Source: a virus | Lineage: Duplodnaviria; Caudoviricetes | Virus record (IMG/VR): IMGVR_UViG_2883187667_000001 | Location: 22,140-86,139 of that record | Direction: 5' to 3' (one strand) | Length of the DNA: 64,000 bases | In this document: piece after piece, positions 1-8,922 of the stretch | Position numbering within the stretch: the stretch's first letter is position 1 | How the letters are laid out: each line of letters opens with the position of its first letter | The notes under the pieces: model-generated | Told to the model about the DNA's origin: nothing | The model's input: the letters and a program-made list of their open reading frames with translations, nothing else | The model's database searches: none | Program-made: the position numbers and the translations under genes

Positions 1-2
1 TC

Positions 3-182
3 AACAGCGAGGTGCGCCTGGAAGCCGAAAGCCTGTCGTATTCCGGCATGGACGCTGACCGGTTCGATCTGGTTTACCGCGCAGTGCGGAATGTCGTCTG
101 GAAGCATGTGCTACAGCACGCCGGTTATCGCAGTGAAGCGGAAGTTGACCGTGTTGTGAATGAGTTGATGGGGTTTGATTGA
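3..182 (+). CDS. DUF1367-like phage protein, C-terminal part (5' end outside window)
   Basis: Frame 3 reads NSEVRLEAESLSYSGMDADRFDLVYRAVRNVVWKHVL...VVNELMGFD*, resembling the DUF1367 C-terminus; its stop overlaps the next ATG. Confidence 0.55.
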   Translation, partial: NSEVRLEAESLSYSGMDADRFDLVYRAVRNVVWKHVLQHAGYRSEAEVDRVVNELMGFD

Positions 183-490
183 TGAGCACAGCCGCCGAAA
201 AACGCTACATGGCGCAAGTAGCGGCGCTGGGATGCGCGATATGCCGGCGGCTTGGTTTGGGGGTGACGCCGGCGCAAGTGCATCACCCGCGGGCAGATGC
301 GGGCATGGGGCAACGGGCCAGCGACTTCGACACGATACCGCTTTGTCCCTATCACCATACCGGGGACGGCGGGTTTCATGCGCTGGGGCCTGTTCGGTTT
401 GCGGCGGAGTACGGGGTTACGGAGCGCGAGTTGACGGAGCAGACGCGGCGGGATGTCGAGCAAGCGAATACCGATGCGCGGTTGTGGTAG
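182..490 (+). CDS. ref: Ref-like (recombination enhancement) HNH/zinc-finger nuclease
   Basis: GCAIC...AQVHH...GMGQRASDFDTIPLCPYHH...GFHA motif set. Confidence 0.7.
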   Translation: MSTAAEKRYMAQVAALGCAICRRLGLGVTPAQVHHPRADAGMGQRASDFDTIPLCPYHHTGDGGFHALGPVRFAAEYGVTERELTEQTRRDVEQANTDARLW

Positions 491-684
491 GTCAGGCGCC
501 CGTTTGGTTGAAATGCTCCGAATGCAAGTACCTGTTCATGCCGGAGGGTATTTGCAAGGTAGCGGAGCGTAGGCAGCAGGAATACCATCATAATCCGGAT
601 AACGTGATCGGATTATTTCCGCGGTACCGATACAGGCCGGTGCTTGATAAGTATCGTTGGTGTGATTTTGGGAGGATCAGATGA
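484..684 (+). CDS. Small hypothetical phage protein with a CxxC motif
   Basis: In-frame GTG at 484 overlaps the ref stop; C-terminal part of ORF 175..684 (LKCSECKYLF). Confidence 0.35.
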   Translation: MVGQAPVWLKCSECKYLFMPEGICKVAERRQQEYHHNPDNVIGLFPRYRYRPVLDKYRWCDFGRIR

Positions 685-839
685 ATAGAAAAACACGACA
701 GGTTTTACGGCGCTGCTTCAAGCCCCGCATAAAGCGGATCGGCGACGTTTATTGGTGCAGGTATCGGGAGTTCAATATTTCAGGATGGACGCCAACCGAC
801 GCCTATAGAAATCTAATGCAGCAGGTGTTACATGGATAA
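681..839 (+). CDS. Small hypothetical phage protein (52 aa)
   Basis: GGAGG Shine-Dalgarno before ATG 681, ATGA overlap with the upstream ORF, reads MNRKTRQVLRRCFKPRIK...; below the ORF-track size cutoff. Confidence 0.4.
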   Translation: MNRKTRQVLRRCFKPRIKRIGDVYWCRYREFNISGWTPTDAYRNLMQQVLHG

Positions 840-864
840 AAACTAACCCGAGTAAGGCTGAAAT

Positions 865-1596
865 ATGAATGACACGGCGATTCCAGAAGCTTCAGGACCG
901 GTTAATCAGGGTACGATAACCGGCGTTATCAATCGCAACCATAAAAAACCGCAGCTCAGGAAGGCGGTTTCATACCACGGAGCAACGATAAAGGAAGAGC
1001 GTCGCGAGTTGGTTCGAACCTTCGGTGAACGCATGCGAGCGGCTCGCGAGCTATGCAATCTGACGCAAAGCGAGGCGGCCAGACGCTTGGGGTATGGAAA
1101 CTCATCGAAGCTCGCAAAAATTGAAAATTCGTCCGACACCAATTCAATTCCGTTCCTGCTGATCAGGCGCGCCGCCAAGGTTTATGAGGTTTCCGCCGAT
1201 TATCTGCTCGGCGCGGCCGATGATTGGGAGACGGACGCACGAATGACTCAAGAGCGGGCCACTTCCGCTTGGCTCATGGATGCTTGGGAAAACACGCGGC
1301 GGCGTGACTTGGAAACCCTGCGAAAATTGCATGACAAGTTTTCGAATATGGAGCGCTGCATTGTCGCAATGGTGGCCGCTGGCCATGACGCAGAGCAAGC
1401 GATACTCCGGTTCAGTGAGTTGAACCCCACGTTCGAGGACGAGATGCGTGGCGGCGCCAAACTGATAACGGCTATCGGCGACATATCGGATATTACCCGG
1501 TATGCCGAAGAGGTTATGCGCAGGTTCCGCATTGAGTGTATAGCCACCAAGCAAACGGACATGTTCAACTCGTCATGGCAGCAAAACCTAAACTAA
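865..1596 (+). CDS. XRE-family HTH transcriptional regulator
   Basis: FGERMRAARELCNLTQSEAARRLG...AAKVYEVSADYLLG HTH pattern. Confidence 0.8.
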   Translation: MNDTAIPEASGPVNQGTITGVINRNHKKPQLRKAVSYHGATIKEERRELVRTFGERMRAARELCNLTQSEAARRLGYGNSSKLAKIENSSDTNSIPFLLIRRAAKVYEVSADYLLGAADDWETDARMTQERATSAWLMDAWENTRRRDLETLRKLHDKFSNMERCIVAMVAAGHDAEQAILRFSELNPTFEDEMRGGAKLITAIGDISDITRYAEEVMRRFRIECIATKQTDMFNSSWQQNLN

Positions 1597-2423
1597 CCCC
1601 GGGGGAGTGGCTTAATGTCAGATCCAGATGGCAGGAAGACCCGAGAAAGGGATTCTCGTGGCTGATTGAGGAACTCAGCTTGCCGGTGAGCGATGAAGCC
1701 GTGCGTCAACGATCAAAGGCCGAAGGTTGGGCCAAAGGATCGGTAGCGCCACAACAACCCAAGAAACCAGCCACAACAAGACCTGCTGCCTGTATCAAGA
1801 AAAAATCCAAGCTTGGAAATACAGAAACCAAGCTTGGAAAAGCAAATCAGCATCAACCCAAGCTTGGAAGCGATGAGCCCAAGCCTGGGAGTGAGCGTGG
1901 GATTGGTCGCCCTACCCTGTACCGTGACGAGTATGCGGAGCAAGCATATAAACTTTGCCTGCTTGGCATGACCGATGCGGAAATGGCCGAGTTCTTCGAA
2001 GTTTCCGAATCGACGATCAATCTATGGAAGATAGAGTACCCCGAATTTTCGGAGTCCATAGCGATGGGTAAAGGCGTAGCCGATGCAGCCGTTGCGGAAG
2101 CGCTCTACAAATCGGCAACCGGCGCTCATTTTATCAAGGAAGACCGCGCCGTCAGCGATGGCTGCGGCGGAACCAAGATCATCACCATGGAGAAGCAACT
2201 ACCGCCAGAATCGCGCGCGCAATCCTTCTGGCTGAAGAACCGGCAGCCCCAGCAATGGCGCGACAAGGTGGAAGTCAATGCGACTATGAAACTGGATCAA
2301 GAAACCCTGGCGATGATAGAAACGCAGTTCGTCGCCCGAATGGCCGCTGCCCATGAACGGCAGCGCGCGGTGCTGATCGAGCGCGGGATCGTGATTGATG
2401 CCGAAGACACTGATCTTCCATGA
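1575..2423 (+). CDS. pacA: Terminase small subunit (PacA-like)
   Basis: GRPTLYRDEYAEQAYKLCLLGMTDAEMAEFFEVSESTINLWK...FWLKNRQPQQWRDK; directly upstream of the large terminase; ATG at 1575 chosen. Confidence 0.8.
   Translation: MAAKPKLTPGEWLNVRSRWQEDPRKGFSWLIEELSLPVSDEAVRQRSKAEGWAKGSVAPQQPKKPATTRPAACIKKKSKLGNTETKLGKANQHQPKLGSDEPKPGSERGIGRPTLYRDEYAEQAYKLCLLGMTDAEMAEFFEVSESTINLWKIEYPEFSESIAMGKGVADAAVAEALYKSATGAHFIKEDRAVSDGCGGTKIITMEKQLPPESRAQSFWLKNRQPQQWRDKVEVNATMKLDQETLAMIETQFVARMAAAHERQRAVLIERGIVIDAEDTDLP
1807..1890 (+). repeat. Four CCAAGC(T/C)TGG repeats inside pacA (candidate pac elements)
   Basis: CCAAGCTTGGAA at 1807, 1828 and 1858, CCAAGCCTGGGA at 1879; spacings 21/30/21 bp. Confidence 0.7.
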
Positions 2424-3963
2424 TCCGCGTTACCTCGACTTTGTAGACAAGTACCACGCCGATCCCCTGCGTTTTGCTGTCAGCGTATGTGGCATGTCGC
2501 CGTCTCAGGACCAGGAAGACCTCCTGCATGCCATCACCCCGGCCAACGCCAAGGTATCGGTCGTATCAGGCACATCGACAGGAAAAACGGCTGGTTTTGG
2601 GCGAATTGCCCTATGGCACCTGCTCTGTCACCCCGTTGCGGTTTACGAAGGAAAGATCGAGATAGGTTCGAACACCTACATCGGCGCGCCGCGAATCAAT
2701 CAGGTGTCCGATGGCGTATGGAAGGAGATGAACGACGTTTATCTTGCCATCGCCAGCGGGCCGTATGCCTGGATCAACGACTATTACGAAATCAACAAGA
2801 CGCGCGTGGTGGTCAAGGGGTTCGAGGATCAGTGGTTTATTGCCCAGGTCGCCATGCAACAAGGTCAGTCGATTGGCGTGGCCGGCAAGCACCGGTATTG
2901 GCAGCTCATTATCATCGACGAAGCCGCCGGCGTGTCGGATGATCACTTCGATGTGATTGATGGCACCCAGACCCAGCCCGGAAACAGAACGCTGATGGCG
3001 TCTCAGGGAGTCAAGAATGCCGGGCGTTTTTATGAGTCACACAACAACCTTTCCAAGGCCAATGGCGGCTCATGGACGGCGCTGCGCTTCAGTTCCGAGC
3101 GGTCGCCATTCGTTACGCGGCAATGGCTGAAGGATCGCGCCGATGAAACCGGTGGGCGGAAGTCCATAGAATACCGTATTCGCGTGCTTGGTCAGTTTGC
3201 CGAGGATTCAGGTAGCATTCTGCTGACGCGCGTGGATCTTGAAAAAGCGTTTAACCGTGGCAGCATCATCGGCGATGACGAGCCTTACGGCATACTGGTG
3301 TTGGGCGACGTGGGCATGGGCGAATACCGCGACGATTCAGTTGCAGTCATCGCCAAGGTAATCGGATATGGCGATTTCGGGCCGGACGCAAGGCGCGTCG
3401 AATACATTGAAATACCCTACTGCACCAACAGCAAAAACGAGATTATTTTCGCGGGTGACTTGGTAAATCTGGTTGGCAAACTGTCGAACGCTACGCTGCT
3501 GGTCGACAACGGCGGCGTCGGCGCCACGGTCAACAAACTGATTGAGGCCTCCGGCGTCCCAGTGGTAAAGATCAACTGGGGCAGTCCATGCTTCAAGAAG
3601 GAGTACAAGGACCGGTTTTACAATCGCCGGGCCTGCGCCATGGTCCGCTTCCGCGATGCCATCAAATCCGGGCGCGTATCGTTCCGAATGGAGATAGACA
3701 AGCGGCTGAAGGAAAAGATTCTGCTACAGGGTTCCCGCCTGCCCTACCACTTCGCGGAAGCCGGTGGGCTGCGCTATGTCATGGAGAAAAAGGAAGTGAT
3801 GCGCGCCAATGGCATCAAGTCGCCGGACATCATCGACGCGAAGTCGTTCGCGTTTCTGGAGGACGCGGTTTACATGGCGCGCGAGGGAGACGGTGTCAAT
3901 TCTGCCGGCGTGGTGGCTTCGGCTCTGGCAGAGGCTGAAGAGATGTTTGCGGATTTGGTTTAG
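2395..3963 (+). CDS. pacB: Terminase large subunit (P1 PacB-like)
   Basis: Walker A VSGTSTGKT, Walker B IIIDEA, nuclease LGDVG...DDSV and C-terminal GIKSPD motifs. Confidence 0.9.
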   Translation: MMPKTLIFHDPRYLDFVDKYHADPLRFAVSVCGMSPSQDQEDLLHAITPANAKVSVVSGTSTGKTAGFGRIALWHLLCHPVAVYEGKIEIGSNTYIGAPRINQVSDGVWKEMNDVYLAIASGPYAWINDYYEINKTRVVVKGFEDQWFIAQVAMQQGQSIGVAGKHRYWQLIIIDEAAGVSDDHFDVIDGTQTQPGNRTLMASQGVKNAGRFYESHNNLSKANGGSWTALRFSSERSPFVTRQWLKDRADETGGRKSIEYRIRVLGQFAEDSGSILLTRVDLEKAFNRGSIIGDDEPYGILVLGDVGMGEYRDDSVAVIAKVIGYGDFGPDARRVEYIEIPYCTNSKNEIIFAGDLVNLVGKLSNATLLVDNGGVGATVNKLIEASGVPVVKINWGSPCFKKEYKDRFYNRRACAMVRFRDAIKSGRVSFRMEIDKRLKEKILLQGSRLPYHFAEAGGLRYVMEKKEVMRANGIKSPDIIDAKSFAFLEDAVYMAREGDGVNSAGVVASALAEAEEMFADLV

Positions 3964-3970
3964 AGAAAAC

Positions 3971-4678
3971 ATGAGGATAGTAGGAAAATCTATGCACGAT
4001 ATTTTAAGGCGAACCATTTATTCACTGAACGATCGGAAAGAAAAACTCGCACGCTTCAGTTTGAAGGCCGCAGGACTCAATGACGACCCATCGTTTCTCG
4101 CAATTGGATTGCGGGAATATCTTCCAACAAAAAAACTTACCGTACAACAGGCCGTAGCCTTATCCGTAGGGATTAATCCCAAGCATGAGTTCAGCACCCT
4201 TACATACGATGAACGCGACGTTATCCAATACGCTACCGGCGACGCTCAGGCGCGTTTAAAGGAGTTTTTCGAGCGTTGCAAGCTGATTCGGGATCACCTG
4301 CACGAGCGATCTATCCCCGTACTGGAAGTTTCTCCGAATTATCTGTTCCACAAGGTCATGCTTGATGATGTATTGTCATGGGTTGAAACAATTGTCGAAC
4401 AGAAACCTAAAATTGGCGTAACTAAAGCAACAACAAAGCCCCCTGGAAAAATGTCTGATGTCGAGTTAAGTCAAGCCTACGGAATGACGGTTTACATGGC
4501 AAACAATCTTCTGATAATTTTTCTGGAAGCGGACAGACTAAGTATTGATCTTAACGCACCGCTCCGTGGTGAGCGCGCCAAACTACAGCAGAACGTCATA
4601 AAACATCTTAGCGTAGGTAAATTCAATCGTGCCTGGAAATCCGGACTAGAATGCGGGGTCATCGCTCAAGGAACGTGA
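3971..4678 (+). CDS. Hypothetical protein (lower-GC, moron-like)
   Basis: Long ORF after pacB; ATG at 3971; no recognised motif. Confidence 0.55.
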   Translation: MRIVGKSMHDILRRTIYSLNDRKEKLARFSLKAAGLNDDPSFLAIGLREYLPTKKLTVQQAVALSVGINPKHEFSTLTYDERDVIQYATGDAQARLKEFFERCKLIRDHLHERSIPVLEVSPNYLFHKVMLDDVLSWVETIVEQKPKIGVTKATTKPPGKMSDVELSQAYGMTVYMANNLLIIFLEADRLSIDLNAPLRGERAKLQQNVIKHLSVGKFNRAWKSGLECGVIAQGT

Positions 4679-4839
4679 AATTAACACTCGTGAACAGCCC
4701 ATCGAAGGTCGCCAATTCCAATGACTCCTTGGTTTTACTGGGTACCCGCCGGTGAATAACTTCGGATTTGTACAAGCCGTTGATGGTTTCAGCTAGCGCG
4801 TTGTCGTAGCACACTGCCAGCTGTAACCCATCAATAAAG

Positions 4840-4880
4840 CGGAAACTCGCCCGTTTCGCCCCTTTCGCATCAGGTATTTT
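4840..4880 (+). promoter_or_regulatory. Putative late promoter (CGGAAACT-N27-TATTTT)
   Basis: Variant of the 7-copy motif; precedes the prohead protease operon. Confidence 0.5.
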
Positions 4881-4912
4881 GACTGCATCATCACAAAATA
4901 CCCAGCCATGCC

Positions 4913-5749
4913 ATGGAAACCCCTTTAATCGTTTACAACCTGGGCGATCGCGGACGCAAGCACCGGGGAAAGGAACGAAACTTCAACCTGCGCAAGCTGG
5001 CGGCGGCCATCAACAGCGACGAGACTCAGGAGCGCGTCAAGAACCGCGACATGCCGGGTTTCTACGGGCACCTGTTCCGCGCGCGCTTTGGCCTGAACCC
5101 ACCGGAAACCGTCATCGTCGGCGGCAATGTCGTGCGGCTGGACCCTGCTTTCGTAACCACCCACCTGCGCGCCCTGCCCGATGGCACCATTGAACACAAG
5201 GCCGAATTTCTCAATACCGACGCCGGACAACTGGCGCAGAAGGCCTATGCCAGCAAGTTCGGAGGATTCTCCTCGGCAATTGACCAGATAAAGCCGGAAT
5301 TCTGTGGATTCGATTATGTGTTCGAGCCCAATTTCAACAACAACCGCGGCTACAGCGTGGCGCTGGATTCTGTTTCGGTCGCTGAACGCGATGCCGTGTT
5401 CGACAGCATTATCGTGGCCGAATACAAAGACCAGATGACCGGCTGCCTGCGCCTGCTCGACAGCGTGTCCAAGGCGCATGAGTTGGCCCTGCAGTCGGTG
5501 GACCATCTTCGCCAGGAGAACGAGGAGTTGATGTCCATGCTGGCTGTGGGTCGAGACGAGGCGGCGCTCGATAGCGTTCCCATTCTCCCGCTGTCGGTTT
5601 CTCGCGCTCCCGCGCAACGCATCATTTCCGACATCGCCTCATTTCGCAACGCGCGCCTACCCCGCTTTGTCGAGCCCAAGGGCGACGAATCAGGGCAGAT
5701 GGAGCGCGCCTACGACAGATTATTAAACCGTTTCGGCATTGGAGGATAA
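4913..5749 (+). CDS. Prohead protease / head processing protein (P1 Pro-like)
   Basis: GFYGHLFRARFG...EHKAEFL...GGFSSAI...GFDYVFEPNF prohead-protease pattern. Confidence 0.75.
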   Translation: METPLIVYNLGDRGRKHRGKERNFNLRKLAAAINSDETQERVKNRDMPGFYGHLFRARFGLNPPETVIVGGNVVRLDPAFVTTHLRALPDGTIEHKAEFLNTDAGQLAQKAYASKFGGFSSAIDQIKPEFCGFDYVFEPNFNNNRGYSVALDSVSVAERDAVFDSIIVAEYKDQMTGCLRLLDSVSKAHELALQSVDHLRQENEELMSMLAVGRDEAALDSVPILPLSVSRAPAQRIISDIASFRNARLPRFVEPKGDESGQMERAYDRLLNRFGIGG

Positions 5750-5755
5750 ACCAGT

Positions 5756-6484
5756 ATGTTCCAGCCAGTAAAAGCAGGTTTTGGCGAGTATATGGGCGCG
5801 TTTTACGCGCAGTTGAGCGTCACCACGATGCCCATGCGCGAATTTTGCACCCGAGGGTTGGCCAAGAGCATCGCGTTTGTGCCTGGACGCATGATCGACT
5901 CGGTAGAGGAAATGCTGGGGCTATGGCAGCGCAACGATAACGACAACGCGCCTACCCAGCCGCGCAAGCTGCCGGTGGTGTTGGTCGCGGTTGACAAGGA
6001 TTACACCCCTACCGCCCGCGATTTTACCCGTCAGGTGGTTGACGCCCAGTGGTTGACGATTCCCTCGGATACCAAGGAACGCGCGTTCAAGATACGCACT
6101 ATCGCCGGAGACATTCGCGCCCAGGTGGTGGTGATCGCCGCCGACGACCCTACGGCCAAATCCATCGCCGCGCAGTTCGATTTGTTCATCGACTCGCCGT
6201 CGAATCGCGCGTTCAATGCCGCCTATGAATTCGCGGGGCAGGTCATGGATTGGCCGGTGATGCTGGAAACCAGCGATACACCGGCCAGCAATATCAAGGT
6301 TGAGGCTAAAAACCTGAGCATTCTGGCCCTCGACCTGAATCTGCACACCACCATCCCGCTGTTCGATGCGCCCAAGGATGGCGAGGTAAGCGACGGCAAG
6401 GGAGCGGCGGGCGATGCCGGTGATCCATCAGGTTACCCGGTTGTCATCCAGACCAATCGCACCGCAATGGATGTGGAGCCATGA
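5756..6484 (+). CDS. Virion structural protein (possibly P1 gp24-like tail terminator)
   Basis: Position in the late operon; size and beta-rich composition; orthology from recall only. Confidence 0.45.
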   Translation: MFQPVKAGFGEYMGAFYAQLSVTTMPMREFCTRGLAKSIAFVPGRMIDSVEEMLGLWQRNDNDNAPTQPRKLPVVLVAVDKDYTPTARDFTRQVVDAQWLTIPSDTKERAFKIRTIAGDIRAQVVVIAADDPTAKSIAAQFDLFIDSPSNRAFNAAYEFAGQVMDWPVMLETSDTPASNIKVEAKNLSILALDLNLHTTIPLFDAPKDGEVSDGKGAAGDAGDPSGYPVVIQTNRTAMDVEP

Positions 6485-6987
6485 GCATGACGCCCATTCA
6501 AGCCACGTTTGTCGGTTATTCGTCGCGGCCCTGCACGCTGTTCTCCGCCTACAACACCCATACCGGCGTGTTGGCCATCAGTGTCGAGGCCGATTATAGA
6601 AAGGATCGGCGCGAGGGCTGCGTGGTAATCACCAACGACAAAACCGTCGACCGAGACGCCCTGTTCAGTGATGACCACCTACATGACGCCATTGCCGCTT
6701 TCTTCTTGCTGCAGGCCGGCATGGCTTCCGACAACAAAAGCCCGCGACTCGTGTTTTCCGAGAAAACGCAGCGCGTTAACCCTTCCAACGCCATTGAAAA
6801 GGATGGAATGGATGCCTCCGGACCACGCTATCGCATATCCGAGAGCATCACCTGCGCACAGATGGCGGCGCTGGCGACGGCCTGGTATGCAAGCTGTCGC
6901 GCGGATTCCGTTGAAGGGGCGTTGGAAATGTTCGATAAAGTGAATGCGCTTAACGATTTGCTGTCGGGGAAAATCGTATCCATATGA
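6481..6987 (+). CDS. Phage protein of the late operon
   Basis: ATGA-coupled to both neighbours. Confidence 0.6.
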   Translation: MSMTPIQATFVGYSSRPCTLFSAYNTHTGVLAISVEADYRKDRREGCVVITNDKTVDRDALFSDDHLHDAIAAFFLLQAGMASDNKSPRLVFSEKTQRVNPSNAIEKDGMDASGPRYRISESITCAQMAALATAWYASCRADSVEGALEMFDKVNALNDLLSGKIVSI

Positions 6988-7316
6988 TCGACAACCAGAC
7001 AACCGCCGCAAAGTCGTTTTACCGCGAAATAAGAACGTTCTCGGAGCGCACGCGGCCATGGGACACCGCAGTGTTCTATCACACCAAGCCGGATGAGGCT
7101 TTGGACGCCACGCTGGTATCGGAGCGGGTATATGGTCGGCGCGACGAATTCCTGGCGGTAATGGCCGCTGCCGGGATCGACACCGCGAATCAACCCATAC
7201 CGCAAAAAATGCTGACGCTTCCGACTGAAACGCAATTGGCGGCTATCAAGCGCCGTACCGGCTTCGAATCGATTGCCGATTATCGCGAAAATTTCGCGCC
7301 GACATGGGCAAGTTGA
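6984..7316 (+). CDS. Small baseplate protein (LysM/gpX-like, possibly P1 gp26-like)
   Basis: YHTKPDEALDATLVSERVYGRRDEFLAVMAAAGID resembles tail-X/LysM-type wedge proteins. Confidence 0.5.
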   Translation: MIDNQTTAAKSFYREIRTFSERTRPWDTAVFYHTKPDEALDATLVSERVYGRRDEFLAVMAAAGIDTANQPIPQKMLTLPTETQLAAIKRRTGFESIADYRENFAPTWAS

Positions 7317-7317
7317 A

Positions 7318-8334
7318 ATGGTAGATACCTCATGGCTAGGTAAGCTAAAGGGATCTGCGGGAGAAGCCAAAGGACGATTGGCTGATGATGCCGCGCAACG
7401 CTCTGCCGCAGCCAAAGAAAAGCACAGCATCATCCTGAATCAGAATGAGGTGCTGACAGGAAACTGGGACGCGCACAAGGTTCTCTTCACCACGCTGGGT
7501 GGAAAGTTAAGGACGATAACATCCGATGACCTCACCGCGTTCAGGAGAAATATTCAAACCGCGCAGGCAAACTTCACCAAGGGTATCACCGCCAAGCAAG
7601 TAATTGAGCTTTCCTTGCACGCTGATCGCATGGCATCGACGGAAGAAATACACATGGCGGTTCCCGTCAGCGCAACTAACGGAACCGTGCGCTATATCAC
7701 CAACTCCGGCCCCAACTCCAAGGTGACGCGCCATCATGTCACGGTTCAATTTCTCAACTACATGGCTGAGGCATCCTCCGGAGCCGGTGGTGCGCGCAAG
7801 TCCGCTCAGCGCCTGCGCCTTGCCCCGCTTAAATTCGATTGCGATTGCGAACGGCACCGCTACTGGTTTCGGTATATCACCACCATTGGTGGCTTCAATG
7901 CTGGCCGCGCTGAAACCGGATATCCGAAAATAAGAAATCCCAATCTTTATGGCGTGGGCTGCAAGCATGTCCTGCGCGTCATGGCCGACATCCGCAGCGG
8001 CGGCGCAACGCTTGCGTTTTTAACCAGGCTACTGAAAAAAGGCAAGGCTGCTGACAACGCCAAGGCAGCCGTGCGGCAGGCGCAAAGCGAAGCAGAAAAA
8101 GTTGCCGCCAACCAGGAAAAAAGGAAATCGGCAAAAGAGCTTAACGCCATACGAAAGGCGGTCAATAACGCCACGAAGCCGAAGAATCTCTCCGCGCGGT
8201 CGAGGCAGGTGAAGCGGTCGCCAGATCCAGAGGAAGCTATTCGAGTAAATATGCGCGCGATGGGTATCAAGGATGAGCGGCAAATTGAATCAATGATCCA
8301 GCTGATGCGCACGCAAGCGCAGGCAGACAAATAA
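7318..8334 (+). CDS. SWIM-type zinc-finger phage protein
   Basis: FDCDCERHRYWFRY...GCKHV (CxC...CxH). Confidence 0.55.
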   Translation: MVDTSWLGKLKGSAGEAKGRLADDAAQRSAAAKEKHSIILNQNEVLTGNWDAHKVLFTTLGGKLRTITSDDLTAFRRNIQTAQANFTKGITAKQVIELSLHADRMASTEEIHMAVPVSATNGTVRYITNSGPNSKVTRHHVTVQFLNYMAEASSGAGGARKSAQRLRLAPLKFDCDCERHRYWFRYITTIGGFNAGRAETGYPKIRNPNLYGVGCKHVLRVMADIRSGGATLAFLTRLLKKGKAADNAKAAVRQAQSEAEKVAANQEKRKSAKELNAIRKAVNNATKPKNLSARSRQVKRSPDPEEAIRVNMRAMGIKDERQIESMIQLMRTQAQADK

Positions 8335-8346
8335 AACGGATACCCG

Positions 8347-8835
8347 ATGCTGAGCAATGTGCCAACGGCTATCAACAAGATGACGCGCAAGGTGATCAAA
8401 CATCACCCGAATGCCTATAACTGCCAGATATTCAGAAAGGCGGTGAATCGCCCCGACCCACAGATGGGAGGAATCCCCACGCTCGGCGGCATCGGCGTCC
8501 TTGATACCGAGGATGAGGAAGATATTTCATGGGAGTGGATCGCGAACGGCTACTCAATGACGGTGGAATCGTTCCAGCCCAGCCCGATGATGTCCAGACA
8601 GGACGCAAACAACGGCGATACCGAGGAATACCGATTTCTGATCGTCCCCGAGGATGACGCCGCAGATCTTCAGCTAAAAAAACATGATGTGGTGTACCTG
8701 CTGCTGGGTGAGTTTATCCGACTGGCCTACGAGATCGTCGGCATCGAGACCGTCATCAACATCCCGCCTTACGCCATGCGCTATGTCATGAACCGGCGCG
8801 ACGATCTACACATGGTTGGGCAGTCGGCTTGGTAA
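8347..8835 (+). CDS. Virion protein (possible head closure/stopper)
   Basis: Beta-rich 162 aa protein ending the operon; function inferred from size and context. Confidence 0.45.
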   Translation: MLSNVPTAINKMTRKVIKHHPNAYNCQIFRKAVNRPDPQMGGIPTLGGIGVLDTEDEEDISWEWIANGYSMTVESFQPSPMMSRQDANNGDTEEYRFLIVPEDDAADLQLKKHDVVYLLLGEFIRLAYEIVGIETVINIPPYAMRYVMNRRDDLHMVGQSAW

Positions 8836-8873
8836 TCATCTCAGATATAAGCCTGTAACCGGGCATCAATTAG

Positions 8874-8915
8874 CGGAAAACCGCGCAAAGCTCCCCATTG
8901 TCGTCGTCATATTCT
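8874..8915 (+). promoter_or_regulatory. Putative late promoter (CGGAAAAC-N28-TATTCT)
   Basis: 7-copy motif directly upstream of the darA-like gene. Confidence 0.6.
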
Positions 8916-8922
8916 TTTCGGT

